From assembly GCA_963575745.1 (NCBI GenBank), contig CAUYUJ010000134.1:62001-117780 (forward strand): 55,780 bases of DNA, in the 5' to 3' direction. Of the stretch, positions 48,001 to 55,780 are shown piece after piece. Source of the stretch: Prorocentrum cordatum (lineage: Eukaryota). Every line of letters begins with the position of its first letter. Position 1 is the first letter of the stretch. Under the pieces are notes generated by a model. That model was not told where the DNA came from. It worked only from the letters and a program-made list of their open reading frames with translations, and made no database searches. The position numbers and the translations under genes are program-made.

Positions 48001-49984
48001 CTGCAAGTATCAGCTCTGCAGCTGTCATATAGCTCGATTGAAGTACAGAAAACCGAGAGCGTCTGTCAAGATGACTCGAATAATACAAATAGGTTTGCGG
48101 ACCTAGCTCGGCTAGCAGACCGAGTTCAGACCTCTGGATGCAACAGACGGACGCGACTGATCATTCTGAATCGATAAGGTGTGCTTACCAGTCCTGTAGC
48201 TGTCCTTTATCTCGAGTATAATCCAATATACCGACAGCGCGTATCAAGATGACTCGAAACGGCCGATCCCGCCTGGACCAGTAAAAGGTACCCGATCGAG
48301 CTGAGATCAAGATGGCGAGCGGGAATAAGATCGAATATCACGGAAAAAAAAAACTAGAGCTCAAACGAATCGAGGAATTTCGAGAACAAAATTTTCAACC
48401 GACCAAAAGTCACCAAAAGGTCCGTCGAGATTTTTCTTGCCAACTAGCTCTCCAGCGCCCCGGAATTACACTTAAGCTTCCAGCAATAACTTGCTAAGGG
48501 AAGCTCTACGAGTTACTGGGGCTGTAGGGGGGGCTACAGTGCTGGTAGTCACAGGAATCGATTCGCAGACATCAGATGCGTCCGCCTGTCGCATTCAGAG
48601 GTCTGAACTCGGTTTGATACTCGAGCTGGGTTTCCAACCTACTCGTTTTGTAGAGTCATCTTGAGAGGTGCTGTCGATTTACGCGCGTAACTCGAGGAGA
48701 GCTACAGAGCTCGTAAATAAGACAATCCAAAAGCATTGGGGGCGTTCGGCTGTTGCATCGAGAGGTCTGTTGGGCTGAAAAACGATTCGTTCTCTGCATT
48801 TTCCACAATTATATTGTCAGGAAGCTCTACGAGTCCTCCGGCGGTAAGAAAGATTGACGGTTCACCGCCGGCGTCCAGTTCCTCTAGCTCATCGATGCCG
48901 AAAAGCTCTACGAGGTACTCATAAACTTCCAGCAACAACTTGCTAAGGGAAGCTCTACGAGTTACCTGGTCACCGCCGGGGACCTCGTAGAGCTCCTTTC
49001 GCGCGTGAGAGAGCTCAGAGTCGGAAGAGAGAGCTTCTGGAGGCATTTCTCTTGAAAAAAACTTCTTTTTTTTCATGTCGACATGAAGTTGGTTCCCCCA
49101 AGTAAATGAGCGCCTACAGAGCCCATATTAAGACGCAGAGGCCCTCATAGTCGTGTCACATTGTCTCTTCTGGTCGGGTCGACCAACTAGCTCCACCCCG
49201 CGCCGGAATTCCTCTAGCTCATCGACGCCAAAGAGCTCTACGAGGTACGTAACTCGTAAAGCTTCCCTTAGCAAGTTGTTGCTAGAAGCTTAAGAGTAAT
49301 TCCGGGGCGCTGGAGAGCTAGTTGGCAAGAAAAATCTCGACGAACCTTCTGGTGACTGTTCGTCGGTTGAAAATTTTGTTCTCGAAATTCAATCATTCGT
49401 TTCAGCTCTAGTACTTTTTCCCGTGATTTTCGATCTTATTCCCGCTCGTCATCTTGATCTCAGCTCGATCGGGTACCTTTTACTGCCAAAAAGCACACTG
49501 GCGGGATCCGCTGTTTCAAGTCATCTTGATACGCAAACGGTTTTCTGAACATAACTCGATCTTTAGGACTGCTACAGAGCTATTAAGCAGCTAATCGATT
49601 CAGAATGATGAGGCGCGTTCGGCTGTTGAATCGAAAGGTCTGAGCTTGGTCTGCTAGCCGAGCTAGGTCTGCACACTTATTCGTATTATTCGAGTCATCT
49701 CGACAGACGCTCTCCGTTTTCTGCACTTAACTCGAGCAAAAGGACAGCTACAGAGCTGACACTTACAGAAACTGATTCAGAATAATCAGTCGCATTTGCC
49801 GGTTGACTCCAGAGCTCTCAACTCGGTCTGCTGCCCGATCTAGAATCGCAAAACTGGGATCCGGCGGTAAACCGTCAACCATGTAACCGCCGGGAGCCTC
49901 GTAGAGCTCTGTTCTTGCGCAGCGCTGTTCGAAGCACACGAAAGAAGCTTTTTCAAGCGTGAAGAAAAATTAGAAAATATGTTT

Positions 49985-50062
<78 letters not shown>

Positions 50063-53000
50063 TGCATCTTCGTTTCGTGAACCTTGCTGCCAGACCGAGT
50101 TCGGACCTCTCGATGCGAGAAAAAACCCGCCGGTTGATACTGGATCGTTTATATGCGTACCAGCTCGTCTGCTGCCCGAACTAGGTCCGCGAAACAACTT
50201 GGTAGCGTCCACTTGGCAGCTTCCAAAACCCCGAGAGCGAAGGGAGCCCAAGGAACTGGGGAGCTGCAGCGCTGAAGCGCAACCAGAAACGCTTCCATGC
50301 GCGTATGCACGCTTGCAGACACGCGTGAACTTGCCGGAAGCTCTCCCGGACCAGCTGCCGGCTGAAACGAACTCTGCGAGGCGTGTGGACGCCGTGGAGG
50401 AGCTTCTGGCGGCCACCACCGTCCGGCTTCTCATCTTAAACCCTTTAGCTCTCAACGAGTTCTCCGGGAAACCCAAAGTCACCACTTTCTCCTTTCTGGT
50501 CGGGTCGACGGTGGACCAACTAGCTCCACACCTGTAGCTCATCGATGCCGAAGAGCTCTACGAGGCAAACCCGGACAGCAAAGGGGAAACGCACCAGAAA
50601 TCTGCCCTGGCAAACTCTCGAACGCTGTTGTGAAGCGCTACTGGGGCTGTTGGGGGTTCCCCTGCAGCGCTTCTGAAGCGCCGTCAGGGAAATTGGTAGT
50701 GTTCACTTGGCAGGATCCAAAATCCGGAGAGGGACGGAGCCTAACTGACGCCCGCGGTGAACCGCCAACCTGGTGACCTCCGGAACCTCGTAGAGCTCCT
50801 GACACCCGTAAGAGTGCTCAGCATCAAAAGAGAGGGCTTCTGGAAGCATTTCTCGAACAAGAGAAAACATTTTTTTTTCATGTCGACATAAAGTTGGTTT
50901 CGCCAAGTGTTTTGAAAATAAAAGTGCGTCTAGGGAGCTCATGTTAAGACGCAGAGGCGGTCAAAACCAGCCAAAAGTTGTCACTCTCTCCTTTCTAGCT
51001 CCTGGGGGCCATCATCACCGTCCGGATTCTAATCTTAAGCCCAAGCCCTGAGCCCAGAAAAAAACCGACCCAAAGTGACCACTTTGTCCTTTCTGGTCGG
51101 GTCGACCAACTGGGCGCCGGCGGTGAATCGTCAACCTTCCTTACCGCCGGGGACTCGTAGAGCGTCCTGATAACATATAATGTCGAAACAAATTATACAG
51201 AAAAAAAAGTTTTCAGCCCAAGCAGTTTGAGCGCTCTCGGATGCAACAGCCGAACGCCCCCGATGTTGTTCGATTGTCTTCTCTACGAGCTCTGTAGCTC
51301 TGCTACAGCCCTAAGTTCATTATTGCCTTCTGATTGCGTGCTGAACGATTCTAACGAGCAGGCGTGATGCTTTGAGATCAGTTTCTGCACATTAGTTCTA
51401 GCTCTCCTGGAGCACAAGTTACGCGTGAAGACGGATTCTGCCTCTCAAGATGACTTAACTGACACGAATAGGTTCGAAACTTATCTCGAGACCAGACTTA
51501 GATGAGACCTCTGGATTGTAAGCGTCCAAAACCCGGATAGCGAAGCCAAGCGCGGAACGCCGCACGGGGACCTCTGCCAGGCCGCCGGAAACGATGCGCG
51601 GGACGCTGGAAACCTCGCAGGAAACGCTCGCAGGGGCGCCGTTTACGATGCGTGGAGCCCTGCAAACCGCGCAAGGAAGATCTGCCTAGAAGCCTGGAAG
51701 CAATGCCGAAGCTCTTTCGAAGCTCTGCCGAAGCGCTTCGCGCACCCTGGAGCCACGCGTACTGGGAAACGCTAGGAAGCCACGCTCCCGGACGGGCTGC
51801 CGGTTCCGGCAGGGCGCTGCGGGGATCGTGGACCGGCGGAGGTGGGCGTGTCCTCCTCACCACCCACAGCCGGCTTCTTATCTGAAACCCTCAGCTCTCC
51901 AAGGAGCTATCCGGGAATGAACAGAGAAATGCGCCCGATTTTTCTGTATTGTTTTCTGCGCGTGTACGCTCTGTATGGCAGTGAACCGTCAACCAGATTA
52001 AAGAGACACATACTGGAAACCTTCCTGGCAAGCCCACGGAAGCTCGCGTGAAGCTCTTCTCGGGCTTTGGGGGGTTCCCCGCAGCGCTTCCGAAGCGCTG
52101 CCAGAACCGCTTCTGGGGCGGCGGAAATGGGCTGCTGGCGGGCACCACCACCGTCCGGCTTCTAATCTTAAACCCTTTAGCTCTCAGCGAGCTCTCCGGG
52201 GAAATCGACATGACTCGTAGAGCTTCCCTAAGCTAGTTGCTGGAAGCTTAAGAGTAATTCCGGCGCGCTGGAGAGCTAGTTGGCAAGACAAATCTCGACG
52301 GAACTTTTGCTGACTTTTGGTCGGCAGCTGGAAGCTAAGAGTAATTCCGGAGCGCTGGAGAGCTAGTTGGCAAGAAAAATCTCGACGGAACTTTCGCTGA
52401 TTTTGGTCGGTTGAAAACTTGTAAGCGTCCAAAACTGGGCGCCGGCGGTAAACCGTCAACCTTTCTTACCGCCGGGGGACTCGTAGAGCTTCCTGACAAT
52501 ATATACTGTGGGAAAAAACTCCAAAGAACGACTTTGTTTTAAGCCCAAGCGATTTCAGACCTCTCAAGATAACGCTAACAAAAAACAAACAGTTTCGCAA
52601 CCCAGTTCGAGTATCAAACCGAGTTCAGACCTCTGTATGCGACATCATGCGATTCCACTCATGCGATTCCAGCCCTAAAGCCCACCTACAGACGGAGTTA
52701 ATGCAGAAAACCGACAGTATCGACTCGAATAATATAATAGTGTTGCGAACCTAGTTCGAGCAGCAGACCGAGTTCCGAGCTCTGGAATCGACCGAAAGAC
52801 GCGCCTGATGTGTGAAAATCGATATATGTGGCCTGCAGCACTGTAGCCCTCCCCCAGCACGAGTTCAGTGCAGAAAATTGAGAGGACGTCTCAAAATCAT
52901 TCGGACAATACGAACAGTTTCGCGAACCTAGCTCGGGCAGCAGGCCGAATTCAGACCTCTCGGTTCAACAGACGCGTGCCATTGGTGATTTCCCATCGAT

Positions 53001-55780
53001 GTCTGTGACAATGAGCCCTGTAGCTGCCCTACAGCTCGAGTTAAGTACAGAAAACCGAGAACGTCTATCAAGATAACTCGAATAATACCAACAGGTTTGC
53101 GGACCTAACTCGGCTAGCAGACCGAGTTCAGACCTCCGGATTCAACAGGCGAACGCGCGTGATGATTCTGAGTGCGATAGGTGTGTTTACCAGCACTGTA
53201 GCGACCCTAAAGCTCGAGTCAAGTACAGAAAACCGAGAGTGTCTATCAAGATGACTCGAATAATACAAACAGGTTTGCGGATCTAGCTCGGCTCACAAAC
53301 CGAGTTCAGACCTCTCGATTCAACAGGCGAACGCGCCTGATCATTCTGCATGCATTAGCTGTGCTTACCAGCTCTGTAGCTGCCCTAGAGCTCGAGTTAT
53401 GTTCAGAAAACCGTCAGCGCGTATCAAGATGACTCGAAACGGCCGTTCCCGCCACTGTGCTTTTTGGCCTTCAAAGTTACCCGATCGAGCTGAGATCAAG
53501 ATGGCGAGCGGGAATAAGATCGAATATCACGGGAAAAAATACTAGAGCTCTAACGAATGGTCAAATTTCGAGAACCAAATTTTCAACTGGGCGCCGGCGG
53601 TAAACCGTCAACCTTTCTTACCGCCGGGGGACTCGTAGAGCTTCCTGACAATATATACTGTAAAAAAAAACTCCAAAGAACGGCTATTTTTTCAGCCCAA
53701 GCGATTTCAGACCTCTCAAGATAACGCTAACAAAAAACAAACAGTTTCGCAACCAAGGTCGAGTATCAAACTGAGTTCAGACCTCTGAATGCGACAGGCG
53801 GGCGCGTCTGATGTCTGCGAATCCACTCATGTCATTCCCAGCCCTGAAGCCCCCCTACAGCCCGAGTTACATGCAGAAAACCGACAGTATCGACTTAAAT
53901 AATATAATAGTTTTGCGAACCTAGTTCGAGCAGCAGACCGAGTTTCGAGCTCTGGAATCGACCGAAAGACGCGCCTGATTCTGCAAATCGATATATCTGA
54001 CCTGCAGCACTCTAGCCCTCCCCCCAGCACGAGTTCAGTGCAGGAAATTCAGAGCACGTCTCAAGATCATTCGGACGATACGAACAGTTTCGCGAACCTT
54101 GCTCGGGCAGTAGGCCGAGTTCAGAGCTCTCGATTTGATAGACGAACGCAACTAATGATTCCCCACCACTGTCTGTCACAATCAGCCCTGTAGCTGCCCT
54201 ACAGCTCGAGTTAAGTACAGAAAACTGAGAGCGTCTATCAAGATGACTCGAATAATACGAATAGGTTTGCGGACCTAGCTCGGCTAGCAGACCGAGTTCA
54301 GACCTCTGGATTCAACAGGCGAACGCGCGTAATGATTCTCAAAGGGATAGCTGTGCTTACAAACACTGTAGCTGCCCTAAAGCTCGAGTTAAGTCCAGAA
54401 AACCAAGAGTGTCTATCAAGCTGACTCGAATAATACGAATAGGTTTGCGGACCTAGCTCGGCTGGCAGACCGAGTTCAGACCTCTGGATTCAACAGGCGA
54501 ACGCGCCTGATCATTCTGAGTGCAATAGCTGTGCTCACCAGCTCTGTAGCTCCCCTACAGCTCGAGTTAAGTACAAAATACCGACAGCACGTATCAAGAT
54601 GACTCGAAACGGCCGTTCCCGCCACCGTGCTTTTTGGCCTTCAAAGTTACCCGATCGAGCTGAGATCAAGATGGCGAGCGGGAATAAGATCGAATATCAT
54701 GGGAAAAAAATACTAGAGCTCTAACGAATGGTCAAATTTTGAGAACAAAATTTTCAACCGACCAAAAGTCACCAAAAGGTCCGTCGAGATTTTTCCTGCC
54801 AACTAGCTCTCCAGCTCCCCGGAATTACTCTTAAGCTTCCAGCAATAACTGGGCGCCGGCGGTAAACCGTCAACCTTTCTTACCGCCGGGGGACTCGTAG
54901 AGCTTCCTGACAGTATATAGTGTGGGAAAAAATCCAGAGAACGACTAGTTTTCAGCCCAAGCAATTTCAGACCTCTCAAGATGACTCTAACAAAAGAACA
55001 AAAAGTTTCGCAACCCAGTGAGTATCAGACCGAGTTCAGACCTCTCAATGCGACAGGCGGACGCGTCTGATGTCTGCGAATCGACTCATCTGATTACCAG
55101 CCCTGCAGCCCCCCTGCAGCCCGAGTTAAGTGCAGAAAACCGAGAGCATCTCTCAGGGTGACTCGAATAATAGAATAGTTTCGCGGACCTGTTTCGAGCA
55201 GCAGACCAAGTTCTGAGCTCTCGAATCGACCAACGAACGCGTCTGATGTGTGCAAAACGATTTCAATGACCCACAGCACTGTAGCCCTCCCCCAGCACGA
55301 GTTGAGTGCAGGAAAATGAGAGCACTGTTTACGATGATTCGGACAATACGAATAGTTTCGCGAACCTAGCTCGGGCAGCGGGCCGAGTTCAGAGCTCTCG
55401 ATACAACAGACACACGCGCCTGATAATTATCAATCGATTTCTGTAACTACAGGCTCTGTAGCTGCCCTACAGCTCGAGTTGAGTACAGAAAACCGAGAGC
55501 GTTTGTGAAGATGACTCGAACAATACGAATAGATTTGCGGACCTAGCTCGGCTAGCAGACCGATTTCAGACCTCTGGATTCAACAGGCGAACGCGCCTGA
55601 TGATTCTGAGTGCGATGCGTGTGTTTACCAGCACTGTAGCTGCCCTACAGCTCGAGTTAAGTAGAAAATACCGACAACGCGTATCAAGTTGACTCGAATA
55701 ATACGAATAGGTTTGCGGACCTAGCTCGGCTAGCAGATCGAGTTCAGACCTATGGATTGAACAGGCGAACGCGCCTGATT
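42040..55780. repeat. Complex higher-order satellite: ~176-bp subunits in ~1.2-kb units, in both orientations
   Basis: AAGATGACTCGAA-type anchor at ~42347, 42522, 42695, 42871 and 43048. Unit head ACTGGGCGCCGGCGGTAAACCGTCAACC at ~42113, 43616, 47317, 52434, 53587 and 54849. Reverse-orientation blocks at ~45332-47310 and ~49250-49850. Confidence 0.9.

Noticed and set aside
49982..50060. Poly(T)-poly(A) hairpin as a biological feature
   Set aside because: Abutting homopolymers in a repeat array are a plausible long-read or polishing artefact. This also tempers interpretation of the other poly(A) runs.

Overview
GC-rich, repeat-dominated eukaryotic DNA, inferred to be dinoflagellate nuclear genome from three matches to the dinoflagellate spliced leader (DinoSL). 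The main result is a 14.2-kb cut-and-paste DNA transposon (23052-37276) with ~88-bp imperfect terminal inverted repeats and a perfect 8-bp target-site duplication (GACTAGCG). It carries two large genes, each preceded by a DinoSL-like motif. The first is a ~1530-aa hAT-like DDE/CxxH transposase with extra domains, followed by poly(A). The second is an intact 1108-aa orphan ORF bracketed by inverted TTAGGG-like tracts. Elsewhere: a decayed minus-strand Ty1/copia element (1-12075) with PBS, candidate LTR and a methyltransferase-like insert, interrupted by a 4-kb fold-back element; a carotenoid cleavage oxygenase fragment split by a palindromic insertion; a 258-bp MITE; many micro/minisatellites; a 100-N gap; and a 13.7-kb higher-order satellite with inversions. 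All calls come from reading the sequence by eye. No database searches were run.
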